A DNA stretch of 45,963 nt from an uncultured Azospirillum sp. (GCA_946623145.1 CAMOQT010000001.1:1-45963), one strand, 5' to 3'; positions 33,124-42,472 are shown, counted from the first letter of the stretch. Translations and numbers: made by a program. The notes: generated by a model from the sequence alone, not told the origin.

Positions 33124-33516
33124 TTAGGAAAGACGAACTCTGAAGCTTTCGCTTTTTTTGAGCTCTTTTATCTGTCCTATCCGGAAGTCAAAGACTTTTG
33201 CCAAATAAGGTTTTGTAGCCTCATCTTTCAGCCAATAAAGATATTTCTTTATTGGTTCTTCACCTAGCGCTTCAAGCATTTGATTTGCCAATTCGAAATT
33301 TTGGTAAACTTTTTGTGCTTGAGCGGCACTCATCATCTCTTTTCCCGCCTGACGCGCATTCGCATATGCATTTGCGTATGTCATGGGAACAGGTATTTCC
33401 GTTAAAGGAATGTTTCTGAAGATGACGGCATAATCTGCCATTTCTTTAATTTCCGATACACCAATTTGGTGTTCGCACATAAAATCGGAAAGCGTGCGTA
33501 GTTTTTCCTTATTCAT
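33124..33516 (-). CDS. Hypothetical protein, 130 aa
   Basis: ORF with its own terminator. No family recognised. Confidence 0.5.
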   Translation of the reverse strand: MNKEKLRTLSDFMCEHQIGVSEIKEMADYAVIFRNIPLTEIPVPMTYANAYANARQAGKEMMSAAQAQKVYQNFELANQMLEALGEEPIKKYLYWLKDEATKPYLAKVFDFRIGQIKELKKSESFRVRLS

Positions 33517-33601
33517 AGGCTATTTAATATAACAATTATACTTTAGGGATGCTCTTTATATCATAATTCTCAGCATCTGTAAATAGACAAAATAAACAAA
33601 T

Positions 33602-34168
33602 TTATTCAATAAAATCTATTTCAGACAAGGATGCTTCAAAATTTTCTGCCCCCGGACTGCAAATATAGGCTCCGATTTTGACTTCCGGCATATCATTAAT
33701 TAAATGTGTTGTACGAATTTGCTTATAATTCTCTCCATCTAAGGAATAATAAATCAGATAATCTCCCTGAAATCTTTTGATCTTAAACCATATTGTTTTT
33801 ATCCCTTGCGGAATATCTTGTGCCGCCCAATCAGAATATCCGCTCTGGGTTACAGAACTCCCCAGCATCGGCCGTTGAGGATTGTCGTACATCATAGAGG
33901 CTTTGATCCAATTTTTTTCATCAACTCGCAACATTACGCCACATTGGGCATAAGGTTTATTTTCATCAAAACTCCATTTGGCAATAAATGTAAAATTGTC
34001 ATCTCTACGTGTAAAGAAATAGTGTCCATTATCTTTTCCGTATTGATGGTGTTTACTCTGCCAAAAATCTGTCTGAGATCTGGCTTGAACCCGCATTTCT
34101 TGATCACGAAAGATGACGTTTTCCGGTTCGTTGTACCATTCAAATTTTTGCAGAGCGTCTAAAAGCAT
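33602..34168 (-). CDS. DUF1349-family (concanavalin-like, REE1/YJL217W-like) protein
   Basis: The segment FEWYNEPENVIF...QTDFWQSKHHQYGKDNGHYFF...DNFTFIAKWSF...YAQCGVMLRVDEKNWIKASMMYDN...SSVTQSGYSDWAAQDIP follows the DUF1349 pattern as I recall it. The start overlaps the upstream stop as TAATG. Confidence 0.7.
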   Translation of the reverse strand: MLLDALQKFEWYNEPENVIFRDQEMRVQARSQTDFWQSKHHQYGKDNGHYFFTRRDDNFTFIAKWSFDENKPYAQCGVMLRVDEKNWIKASMMYDNPQRPMLGSSVTQSGYSDWAAQDIPQGIKTIWFKIKRFQGDYLIYYSLDGENYKQIRTTHLINDMPEVKIGAYICSPGAENFEASLSEIDFIE

Positions 34169-35079
34169 TAAAAAGTCCTTACATTTTCATCCGGCATTGT
34201 TTTTAAGATTTTTTCTAAATCTGCATTTTTCTTTTCCGGCATCATAACTTTTAGGGTGACAATTTCATCTCCCTGCCCGAATTTTGTTTTAATTCCTTGA
34301 CCTTTTAAGCGTAATTTAGAACCACTGCTTGAATAAGGCGGAATTTTTACGGCCACTTTGCCGTTAATTGTCGGAACCGTTACTTTTGCCCCAAGAACAG
34401 CTTCTTTTAAACTAACCGGTAATTCTAAAACAATATTTTTTCCTTCCGCGCAAAAATACGGATGACAACTGACTTTCAGTGTGATTAAAACATCTCCGGC
34501 TTCTCCGCCATTTGGACTTGGATACCCTAATCCTTTTAATCTCAGCGTTTGTCCATCTTCCGTTCCTGCCGGAATTTTGATATTAATGCTTTTTCCTTGG
34601 ATAGAAACAGCCTTATCATCCCCCCGTGCTGCACTTAAAAAGTCAATTTGCATGGTATAATTGATATCCTGTCCTTTTCTTGGACGGGAACGTCCGCTAA
34701 ATCCGGCACCAAAACCACCGCCACCACTAAATTGAGAAAAAATATCATCACCGAAAATTGAAGAAAAATCAAAATTTCCAGCACCCGCCTCAAATGGGTT
34801 TCCTCCGCTGTAATTATAGTTACCACCACCAAATCCGGCACCAAAGCCCGTTGGTTTACCATCGGCATCTATTTCCTTGTTATCATATTTTTTGCGTTTT
34901 TCTTTATCTCCTAAAATATCATAGGCGCAGGAAACTTCTTTAAATTTATCTGCGGCTGCAGGATTATCTTTATTTAAATCCGGATGATATTTACGGGCAA
35001 GTTTTCGGTAGGCAGATTTAATCTCGCTTTCGCTTGCTGTTTTACTAACACCTAATATGCTATATAAGTCTTTGTTCAT
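34168..35079 (-). CDS. cbpA: DnaJ-class co-chaperone without zinc finger (CbpA-like)
   Basis: The J domain is [38 protein letters not shown]-rich linker and two C-terminal beta-domains follow. No CxxCxGxG repeats are present. Confidence 0.85.
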   Translation of the reverse strand: MNKDLYSILGVSKTASESEIKSAYRKLARKYHPDLNKDNPAAADKFKEVSCAYDILGDKEKRKKYDNKEIDADGKPTGFGAGFGGGNYNYSGGNPFEAGAGNFDFSSIFGDDIFSQFSGGGGFGAGFSGRSRPRKGQDINYTMQIDFLSAARGDDKAVSIQGKSINIKIPAGTEDGQTLRLKGLGYPSPNGGEAGDVLITLKVSCHPYFCAEGKNIVLELPVSLKEAVLGAKVTVPTINGKVAVKIPPYSSSGSKLRLKGQGIKTKFGQGDEIVTLKVMMPEKKNADLEKILKTMPDENVRTF

Positions 35080-35141
35080 TATTTTTGCCTAAATTATCCT
35101 CTCTTTATATAGATATAAGAAAGGCTTTTTCGTTTTGCAAC

Positions 35142-35441
35142 TTATAGGCAATGAAAAGTCGCGCGACGGGAAAAGTTTTTATACAATTGAGAATCATACA
35201 AAACGGCTTTACGCTCATTTTGTTCGTAACAATATTCGGAAGCTAAATATGCGATCTCATCTATACGAACATCTTTATATTCATAGGTGATGCCGTATTC
35301 GTCCGAATTTTTAATACGAACATTATCTAAAAACCGGTCATCATCACTCAAATATGCAGGTTCAACTGTTTCGACAGGACGCATTTCCGCACAAGCGGAG
35401 ACAGAAAAAACTAATGTCATAATTAGAATTATATTTCTCAT
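35142..35441 (-). CDS. Small lipoprotein, function unknown
   Basis: The signal and lipobox are MRNIILIMTLVFSVSAC. Length is 99 aa. Confidence 0.55.
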   Translation of the reverse strand: MRNIILIMTLVFSVSACAEMRPVETVEPAYLSDDDRFLDNVRIKNSDEYGITYEYKDVRIDEIAYLASEYCYEQNERKAVLYDSQLYKNFSRRATFHCL

Positions 35442-35602
35442 TTTTCGCGTCCTTGAACCTGATTAACCGAGCTTAATTCGATATTTTTTTCTTTTCCCAA
35501 AAACATATCGTCTATGCTTTTGTAATTTGCCATTTGGCGAATTATCATTTGTAATTTCTTTATTTTACCGAAGAAATATTTACTATTATACGTTTTGGGC
35601 AT
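35438..35602 (-). CDS. Unannotated 54-aa ORF (below the track size cut-off)
   Basis: My translation is MPKTYNSKYFFGKIKKLQMIIRQMANYKSIDDMFLGKEKNIELSSVNQVQGREK. AGGAGA lies 7 nt upstream of the ATG at 35602. The stop overlaps the start of the downstream lipoprotein gene as ATGA. Confidence 0.35.
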   Translation of the reverse strand: MPKTYNSKYFFGKIKKLQMIIRQMANYKSIDDMFLGKEKNIELSSVNQVQGREK

Positions 35603-35656
35603 TACCTTATCTCCTGATATTTAATACGATTATACTCTTTAGGAGTTAAGGCTTTA

Positions 35657-35956
35657 TTAATCCAGTAATTTATATATCTGCTCACCGGCATTTTCCAGTA
35701 TTTTTAATATTTTGCGGTTTGTTCCGTCTTTGGTGCGGCGATTGCTTAATTTATCGAGTTTTCTTTGCAAATCTTCAGTAAAGCTTCTATTTTCACGCAA
35801 TTTCTCGATATCCCTAATAATTTCTTCATCTTCTATTTTATAATTTGTTACAGCTTTTAACGTTGCTACATATTGCGCTTTTTTAGAAGCACTATATTGA
35901 GCTTGAGCAGGATAAGCACATAATAAAGCTAATAACACAACAAATATTCTCAGCAT
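35657..35956 (-). CDS. Small secreted helical protein, function unknown
   Basis: The signal peptide is MLRIFVVLLALLCAYPAQA. Length is 99 aa. Confidence 0.5.
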   Translation of the reverse strand: MLRIFVVLLALLCAYPAQAQYSASKKAQYVATLKAVTNYKIEDEEIIRDIEKLRENRSFTEDLQRKLDKLSNRRTKDGTNRKILKILENAGEQIYKLLD

Positions 35957-36046
35957 TTATTTTCTCCTCTAAAAAATAATTTGCTTTTTCTTTTGTTTTA
36001 GATTAACACAGAAAATGTAAAAAAACAATTTATTGAGTTCTGGATA

Positions 36047-37015
36047 ATGAAAAAAGTTATTTGGGTTTTATTAGATAATCGTATGGGAAGTGTCGGGCAA
36101 GCCAAAGGCGTTATGCAAGAAATCAACACCTCTTCATTTGAAATTGTTTCTAAAGAATTAAAATATTCTCGTTGGGCAGCCTTACCGAATTTTATTCGCG
36201 GAGCTTCTCTTTTGGGAATCACTAATCCTGAAATTCTCAACGGGGATACTCCTGATCTTGTTCTTTCAACCAGCCGCCGCACAGTTCCTGTCGCTTTATT
36301 TTTAAAGAAAAAACACCCCAAAATTATTTTAACTCAATTGATGTTTCCCGGAAAATTCGGTATTAAAAAATTTGCAAAAATATTTTTACCGCAACATGAT
36401 GCTAATAAAAAATTTTTACCTAACTTCCATTTTACTGTCGGTTCGCCGCATCGCGTTACTCAAGCAACCTTAGATGAGGCTAAAGATTTATGGCAAAGTA
36501 ATTTTTCCTCCCTTCCCAGACCTTGGACCGCTGTTATTATAGGCGGTTCTATTAAAGGAAAACCTTTTACTTTAGAAAACGCAAAAGCCATGGCTCAAGA
36601 GATTAAAGACTTAAAATCTCGTATCGGCGGCAGTTTACTTATCACAGATTCTCGCCGAACCGGGAGTGAGGCTGAAAAAGTTATGCTCGAGATTTTTAAG
36701 GATATTCCGGCCCATTCCTTTTTGTGGGGAAGTAAAGATAAAAATCCTTTAATGGGGTATTACGCTTGCGCAGATAATATTGTTGTCAGCGGAGATTCTG
36801 TTTCAATGTGCTGCGAAGCTTGCGGAACGGGAAAACCCGTTTTTATCTTTGAGGGTCATGATTGGTTGACACCTAAGCACCTTCGTTTTACCAAATCATT
36901 GTTCGATGGCGGCTACGCAACCTTACTTAAAGAAAATTGCGAAACCTTTACCGGAGGCAAAATTCTTTACCCTTCCTCCGAAATCGCTTCAGAAATTATG
37001 TCTTTATTGGCTTAG
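36047..37015 (+). CDS. ELM1/DUF1022-family protein (mitochondrial-fission ELM1-like putative glycosyltransferase)
   Basis: The N-terminal VIWVLLDNRMGSVGQAKGV, the size (322 aa) and the C-terminal ADNIVVSGDSVSMCCEACGTGKPVFIF match the family pattern as I recall it. Confidence 0.6.
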   Translation: MKKVIWVLLDNRMGSVGQAKGVMQEINTSSFEIVSKELKYSRWAALPNFIRGASLLGITNPEILNGDTPDLVLSTSRRTVPVALFLKKKHPKIILTQLMFPGKFGIKKFAKIFLPQHDANKKFLPNFHFTVGSPHRVTQATLDEAKDLWQSNFSSLPRPWTAVIIGGSIKGKPFTLENAKAMAQEIKDLKSRIGGSLLITDSRRTGSEAEKVMLEIFKDIPAHSFLWGSKDKNPLMGYYACADNIVVSGDSVSMCCEACGTGKPVFIFEGHDWLTPKHLRFTKSLFDGGYATLLKENCETFTGGKILYPSSEIASEIMSLLA

Positions 37016-37024
37016 AGTTTAATT

Positions 37025-37375
37025 TTAAAAGGCATTTTCTATATGTTTTATTTGACATGGAAATGCAATTAAAATTGCATCGAATCTGATGTCGTATTCG
37101 GAAAATTGCGGGTTTTTCTGCAGAAATGCCGTTGCGCCGTTACGAATACGTTGTTGTTGCTTTTCTCTAATTGCATATGCCGCTGTTTCTATATCCGTAC
37201 GCTTTTTAACCTCAACAAAAACAAGGGTTTTACCCCGAGCAGCAATAAAATCAATTTCTCCGCTATGTGTACCTTTTCCTGTTATAAAATTTTTGGCAAC
37301 AACACGATATCCTAACAGTCGCATATAGTTACGCGCCATAAGCTCCCCGAGATGTCCTGCCAGATTATTTTTCAT
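37025..37375 (-). CDS. yraN: YraN-family (UPF0102) endonuclease-like protein
   Basis: GHLGELMARNYMRLLGYRVVAKNF...GEIDFIAARGKTLVFVEVKKR. Confidence 0.8.
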   Translation of the reverse strand: MKNNLAGHLGELMARNYMRLLGYRVVAKNFITGKGTHSGEIDFIAARGKTLVFVEVKKRTDIETAAYAIREKQQQRIRNGATAFLQKNPQFSEYDIRFDAILIAFPCQIKHIENAF

Positions 37376-38201
37376 CTTTTATTTTCAGTGCTAAATCATA
37401 AACATCATTTTTATTTAAGCCATATTCTGAAACGACTTCTTTTACGGCTGACTTCAAAGGCATTACTGCCATTTTTTCAGCTAATATTTGCCGAACATCT
37501 ATGGCTGTTTCGGTTTTATCTTCCTGTGATGGAGAAATCATTATGACAATTTCTCCCTTAGGTTGCTTTTGTGTGTAATGGTTTATAAGCTCTTCTGCTG
37601 TTCCTCGAATACATTCTTCATACATTTTGGTTAATTCTCGAGCAACAGCAATCTCCCGATGGCCATATAAATCTCTTATAACCTCTAAACTTTTCAATAA
37701 TCTCGGAGCTGTTTCATAAACAACAATCGTGCTTTTAATTTCCTTTAATTCTTTAAAGAAATCTTGACGTGCTTTATCTTTATTGGGAATAAAACCGGCA
37801 AACATAAAACGATTGGTTGGCAGTCCGGAAAGTTGCAAAGCAGCAATAACAGCACAACATCCCGGGATGGCGGTTACATAAATATTATTTTCCCGACATT
37901 TTCGCACTATTTTATACCCCGGATCGGATATTAAAGGAGAACCAGCATCACTAATCAACGCAACGCTTTTTCCTTCTTCTAACAACTTCAGCAATAAGGG
38001 AGATTGTTCTTCTTCATTATAGTTTTGATAAGTAATAAATTCTCTGGCGCAACTAATTCCAAGTAATCCGAATAATTTTTTGGTCACACGAGAATCTTCA
38101 CAGGCAATTACGTCTGCCTCTTTCAAAATTCGCACAGCGCGTTCAGATATATCTCCTATATTTCCGATGGGTGATGCAACAATATATAATCCACTTTTCA
38201 T
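37365..38201 (-). CDS. rsmI: 16S rRNA (cytidine1402-2'-O)-methyltransferase RsmI
   Basis: GLYIVASPIGNIGDISERAVRILKEADVIACEDSRVTKKLF. It shows the tetrapyrrole-methylase-fold pattern. It lies divergent from the lpoA-like gene, as in E. coli yraL-yraM. Confidence 0.9.
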   Translation of the reverse strand: MKSGLYIVASPIGNIGDISERAVRILKEADVIACEDSRVTKKLFGLLGISCAREFITYQNYNEEEQSPLLLKLLEEGKSVALISDAGSPLISDPGYKIVRKCRENNIYVTAIPGCCAVIAALQLSGLPTNRFMFAGFIPNKDKARQDFFKELKEIKSTIVVYETAPRLLKSLEVIRDLYGHREIAVARELTKMYEECIRGTAEELINHYTQKQPKGEIVIMISPSQEDKTETAIDVRQILAEKMAVMPLKSAVKEVVSEYGLNKNDVYDLALKIKDEK

Positions 38202-38276
38202 TATCTTACTTTACTTTTTCGGTTTTTTAATATAGTTTCTTTGCTATATGATTTTATATTTTAGGATAAAAAGCAA

Positions 38277-39668
38277 GTGTTAAAAAAAATATCTTCTCTT
38301 TTAGTTGTTTTAACTTTATGTGCCTGTGCTTCTAATGGTATTTTTAGTCGTTCGGGACAAAATGAGTTATATACGGAAACCAATGATATTAATATTGTTC
38401 GGCGCAAAGATTTTCATGTCGGTGTGCTTCTTCCTTTAAGCGGTGAATTTGCAAAACAAGGAAATGGCATTAAAAACGCAACCATGATGGCTCTTGAAGA
38501 CATTAATGACGATGGTTTAATTTTGCAATATTACGACACAAAAGGAACTCCCGAAGGGGCTTCTGTTGCTGTAGAAAACGCCTTAAATCAAGGCGTTGAA
38601 ATGATTATTGGTCCGATGCTCAGTTCTTCTGTTCAGGCCATTACACCTGCGGCTAAAAATAAAAATATTCCTGTTATAGCCTTTAATTCTGCTTCGGAAG
38701 TGTTGCAGGATGGCATTTATACTATGGGACTGTTGCTTGATGAACAAGTTGATCGTATTATCTCTTATACCGTACAGCAAGGAAGATCCCGTTTTGCTTT
38801 GCTTTTACCTGACAACAATACAGGTATCACCGTTGCAAAAGCTGCCGTTAAATCTGCCGCTAAAAATAACGTTTCTATAACCGCTATTGGTTTTTACACT
38901 CCAGGAACAACTGATTTTACTGATTTACTTAAACAGATGACACATTATGATGCCAGACAAAACAATTTAAAGAAAGTAAAAGCTCAGTATTCAACTGCAG
39001 CTACTAATGGAGATCCTCAAGCTATAAGAATGATGAACCAACTAAACAAATATGACAGCTACGGAGATATTGGATTTGATGCCGTTCTCATCCCTGATTA
39101 TGGCGCAACATTAAAATCTGCGGTTGCAATGTTTGGATATTATGATGTTTTTTCTCCCGAAGTTAAATTTATAGGAACTTCTATTTGGGACAACACAAAT
39201 CTTAATAAAGAAACGACCATGCGTGGAAGTTGGTATCCTTCTTTATCAAAACAAAACAGCACTTATTTTGTAAATAAATACACCCAATTATTCGGAGAAA
39301 GACCATCTTCTTTATATGCTTTCGGATATGATGCCGTTGCTTTGGCCTCAGCAATTTCTCGCCGTGGAACAGATGGTTTAGAGGAAAAAATAACGAACCC
39401 TGAAGGTTATCTTGGATTGAATGGTGTCTTTCGCTTTTTCGCCAATGGTCAAAATCAACATAGTTTAGATATTAAGGAAATTCGTGATAGTGGTAATTAT
39501 ATTGTAGATGCTGCACCTCGTAAATTTTTGCCGGGAACCTCATTAGAGCAAGAAACAGCGCCGATTACATTTAAACCGGCAATTTATGGCAAAAATACCG
39601 ATACGGCAGAAATGATGATTTTTGGTCATCGCTTAAATGCAGATAATGAATCTACTGTTGTGTATTAG
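38277..39668 (+). CDS. Lipoprotein with a periplasmic-binding-protein fold, LpoA-like penicillin-binding protein activator
   Basis: It starts at GTG. The lipobox region is LVVLTLCACAS. The pattern is LivK-like type I PBP (VGVLLPLSG..A..G..I.NA..MA..D). The rsmI / lpoA / yraN neighbourhood is conserved. Confidence 0.6.
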   Translation: MLKKISSLLVVLTLCACASNGIFSRSGQNELYTETNDINIVRRKDFHVGVLLPLSGEFAKQGNGIKNATMMALEDINDDGLILQYYDTKGTPEGASVAVENALNQGVEMIIGPMLSSSVQAITPAAKNKNIPVIAFNSASEVLQDGIYTMGLLLDEQVDRIISYTVQQGRSRFALLLPDNNTGITVAKAAVKSAAKNNVSITAIGFYTPGTTDFTDLLKQMTHYDARQNNLKKVKAQYSTAATNGDPQAIRMMNQLNKYDSYGDIGFDAVLIPDYGATLKSAVAMFGYYDVFSPEVKFIGTSIWDNTNLNKETTMRGSWYPSLSKQNSTYFVNKYTQLFGERPSSLYAFGYDAVALASAISRRGTDGLEEKITNPEGYLGLNGVFRFFANGQNQHSLDIKEIRDSGNYIVDAAPRKFLPGTSLEQETAPITFKPAIYGKNTDTAEMMIFGHRLNADNESTVVY

Positions 39669-39736
39669 TGTTAATGCTGTGATTTTTCACTTGCAAAAAT
39701 TTTGAATATCGACAATATTATAAAGAGTTTAAATCA

Positions 39737-39830
39737 ACGGAGGACAATGGGTTAAGACGTCGCCAATCCGGTCAGGTTCGGAAGAAAGCAGCCGTAACGA
39801 ATGCTCTTAAGGTCACTTGTTCTCCACCTT
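39737..39830 (+). ncRNA. ffs: Small (4.5S-type) signal recognition particle RNA
   Basis: The conserved domain IV core CCGGUCAGGUUCGGAAGAAAGCAGCCGUAA is present. The closing helix is GGAGGACAAUGGGUUAAGA / UCUUAAGGUCACUUGUUCUCC, followed by ACC and a T-rich tract. The position upstream of dnaX-ybaB-recR is a widely conserved synteny. Confidence 0.8.
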
Positions 39831-39846
39831 TTATTTTGAAAATGTA

Positions 39847-41547
39847 ATGGCAGAAGAAAACAAAGATAACCAATACGTCGTATTAGCCCGCAAGTATCGT
39901 CCTCAAAAATTTGAGGATTTACTCGGACAAGATGCTTTGGTACAGACTTTAACTAATGCCATAAAAAATAATCGTTTACATCATGCCTATATTTTAACCG
40001 GTATTCGCGGTGTTGGAAAAACAACAACAGCCCGCTTGATTGCTAAAGCACTTAATTGTACCGGATTAGATGGAAAAGGCGGTCCGACAATCACACCTTG
40101 TGATGCTTGCGAAAATTGTAAAGCCATCGCTGCCGGACGTCATATCGATGTCTTGGAACTTGATGCGGCTTCTCGTACTGGTGTCGATGATATGCGAGAG
40201 ATTTTAGATGGTGTTCGTTATAAACCGACAAATGCCCGTTATAAAATATATATTATTGATGAAGTTCACATGCTTTCAAAAAGTGCTTTTAACGCTTTGC
40301 TTAAAACACTTGAAGAGCCTCCGGCTCATGTAAAATTTATTTTTGCAACAACGGAAATTCGCAAAGTTCCGGTTACGGTTTTATCAAGATGTCAACGCTT
40401 TGATCTGCAACGCCTTACGATTGAGGATTTACTGAAGCTTTTCCATAAAATTGCCGATGCAGAAAAATTAAAATTTGACGAAGAAGCTCTACATTTGATT
40501 GCTAAAGCTGCTGACGGTTCTGCCCGCGATGGATTGTCTTTGCTCGATCAAGCGATTTCTTTGGGTGCAGGTGTGGTTAAAGCTGATATTGTTAAGGAAA
40601 TGATCGGTTTAGCTGACGCAACTCAGACCTTTGATCTTTTTGAAAGTTTAATCGCCGGAGACACAAAACAAACTCTTATTTCTTTGCAAGAACAATATAA
40701 AAACGGGGCCGATCCATTATCCTTGCTAAAAGATTTAATTTCTCTGACACATCTTTTAGCTAAAGTTAAACTCATACCAAGTTTTATTAATGACAGTTCT
40801 GTCAGTGAAGCTGAACGTGAATTTTGCGCCAAACTGAAAGATAATACTTCTATTGCTGTTCTTTCTAAAATTTGGCAAATGATGATTAAAGGCATTGGCG
40901 AAATTCAGACATCTCCTGTTCAAATTGATGCTTTGGAGATGATTTTAATTCGCGTTGCCTATTCTGCTTCTCTGCCGACACCTTTTGAACTTTTAAATGA
41001 CATAAAAAAAAACTCTGAAATAAGAGTTCCCGTTTATAAAGAAACTTCTGTTGTACAACGCCCCGTTTCCGAGGAAAAGTCTTTCTCTGAACAGACATCA
41101 GATGTTGAGCCGATCAATTCTATTGAAGCTTTGGTTCATTTTTTAGAAGAGAAGAAATATCCGCTTTTAGTGTATGCACTTAAACATGATGTATGTGTTA
41201 AAAGTTTTCAAGATGGTGCTATTGAGATGACAATAGCAGAAAATGCGCACCCTGATTTTATTTCTAATCTTATTAAAACCCTTCAAGAAACAACCGGACA
41301 CAGTTGGAAGATAGATATTGTAAAAGGAATAATGGGGGAAACATTAGCGGATAAAGAAAATGCCGCTTTAGAAGCGCAACAACAAGATGTTATGGAATAT
41401 CCTTTGGTTCGGGCAATCATGGCTGAATTCAAAGGTGCTAAAATTGAAAGTTTAACGCGTCGCGGAAAATCTACTGATTTATCTGTCGATGAGGATACAA
41501 CAGAATCAACTACTGATTTAATTTTTGATGAGGATAACGAATCATGA
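39847..41547 (+). CDS. dnaX: DNA polymerase III subunit tau (and possibly gamma)
   Basis: YRPQKFEDLLGQD; Walker A GIRGVGKTTTARL; Zn module CDACENCKAI; Walker B IYIIDEVHMLS; sensor SRCQRF. I chose the ATG at 39847 because the track TTG start at 39817 lies inside the SRP RNA. Confidence 0.9.
   Translation: MAEENKDNQYVVLARKYRPQKFEDLLGQDALVQTLTNAIKNNRLHHAYILTGIRGVGKTTTARLIAKALNCTGLDGKGGPTITPCDACENCKAIAAGRHIDVLELDAASRTGVDDMREILDGVRYKPTNARYKIYIIDEVHMLSKSAFNALLKTLEEPPAHVKFIFATTEIRKVPVTVLSRCQRFDLQRLTIEDLLKLFHKIADAEKLKFDEEALHLIAKAADGSARDGLSLLDQAISLGAGVVKADIVKEMIGLADATQTFDLFESLIAGDTKQTLISLQEQYKNGADPLSLLKDLISLTHLLAKVKLIPSFINDSSVSEAEREFCAKLKDNTSIAVLSKIWQMMIKGIGEIQTSPVQIDALEMILIRVAYSASLPTPFELLNDIKKNSEIRVPVYKETSVVQRPVSEEKSFSEQTSDVEPINSIEALVHFLEEKKYPLLVYALKHDVCVKSFQDGAIEMTIAENAHPDFISNLIKTLQETTGHSWKIDIVKGIMGETLADKENAALEAQQQDVMEYPLVRAIMAEFKGAKIESLTRRGKSTDLSVDEDTTESTTDLIFDEDNES
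41004..41012 (+). promoter_or_regulatory. A9 run in dnaX: candidate recoding (frameshift or transcriptional slippage) site
   Basis: The zero frame reads atA AAA AAA AAC. The -1 frame reaches TGA two codons after the run (41016-41018). The +1 frame reaches TAA at 41021-41023. Confidence 0.45.
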
Positions 41548-41864
41548 TGAATATTCAAGGTTTAATGAAACAAGCTCAAATGATGCAAAAACGCATGGAA
41601 GAAACTCAAGGAAAACTTTCTTTGCAAGAAGTTGAAGGCGCCAGTGGTGCAGGACTTGTTAAAGTAACTGTTAATGGTAAATTTGAAACAAAAAAAATCA
41701 ACATTGATAAGTCTTTACTTGTTCCCGAAGAAATTGATGTCTTAGAAGATTTGATTGTTGCTGCCATGAATGATGCTCACAACAAAGCCGAAAAATTAAT
41801 GGAAGATGGCATGAAAGAAGTTACAGGCGGTCTTAATTTAGGTGGATTAAAGCTGCCATTTTAA
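41544..41864 (+). CDS. ybaB: Nucleoid-associated protein YbaB/EbfC
   Basis: MKQAQMMQKRMEETQGKL...VEGASGAGLVKVTVNG. Length is 106 aa. The start overlaps the dnaX stop. Confidence 0.9.
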   Translation: MMNIQGLMKQAQMMQKRMEETQGKLSLQEVEGASGAGLVKVTVNGKFETKKINIDKSLLVPEEIDVLEDLIVAAMNDAHNKAEKLMEDGMKEVTGGLNLGGLKLPF

Positions 41865-41876
41865 AGGATTTTAATA

Positions 41877-42470
41877 TTGTCCGGAACAGAAATAGAAAAA
41901 CTTGTTAAACTCATTGCCAAACTTCCTTCACTTGGCACACGTTCAGCTCGTCGTATTACCTTACAGCTCTTAAAAAAGAGAGAGGCTTTATTGTTGCCTT
42001 TGATTCAGAGCTTAACAGATGTCGCAGAAAACATAAAGACATGTGAAATTTGCGGTAACTATGATACGCAAACGCCTTGTTCTATTTGTTCTTCCGAAAC
42101 AAGAGATGGTAGTATCATTTGTGTTGTACAGGATGTTGCTGATTTATGGGCTATGGAGCGTGTTTCGTTTTTTAAGGGAAAATATCATATTCTTGGTGGC
42201 GTATTATCGGCTCTTGACGGAATAACTGCTGAAGATTTAAATATTGATTCTCTTGAAAACAGGCTGGCTCAAGGAACTGTTACAGAGATTATTTTAGCCC
42301 TCCCCGCTACCGTAGATGGACAGATTACCTCTCATTATCTTCTATCCCGATTTAAGAAGTATTCTGTTAAAATTTCAACTCTGGCGCAAGGTATTCCTAT
42401 GGGCGGAGAGCTTGATTATATGGATGAAGGAACAATCCAATTAGCTCTTAACTCCAGAAAATTTTTATAG
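41877..42470 (+). CDS. recR: Recombination protein RecR
   Basis: The HhH region is LPSLGTRSARRITLQLL, the zinc finger is CEICGNYDTQTPCSIC and the Toprim region is ICVVQDVADLWAME. Confidence 0.9.
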   Translation: MSGTEIEKLVKLIAKLPSLGTRSARRITLQLLKKREALLLPLIQSLTDVAENIKTCEICGNYDTQTPCSICSSETRDGSIICVVQDVADLWAMERVSFFKGKYHILGGVLSALDGITAEDLNIDSLENRLAQGTVTEIILALPATVDGQITSHYLLSRFKKYSVKISTLAQGIPMGGELDYMDEGTIQLALNSRKFL

Positions 42471-42472
42471 TA

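Noticed and set aside
35998-36321. Track ORF 35998..36321(-), 107 aa
   Set aside because: It overlaps the 5' end of the well-supported ELM1-like gene on the opposite strand and has no RBS or family features.
39817-39846. TTG start at 39817 for dnaX
   Set aside because: It lies inside the closing helix of the SRP RNA. The added MFSTFYFENV peptide is not tau-like.
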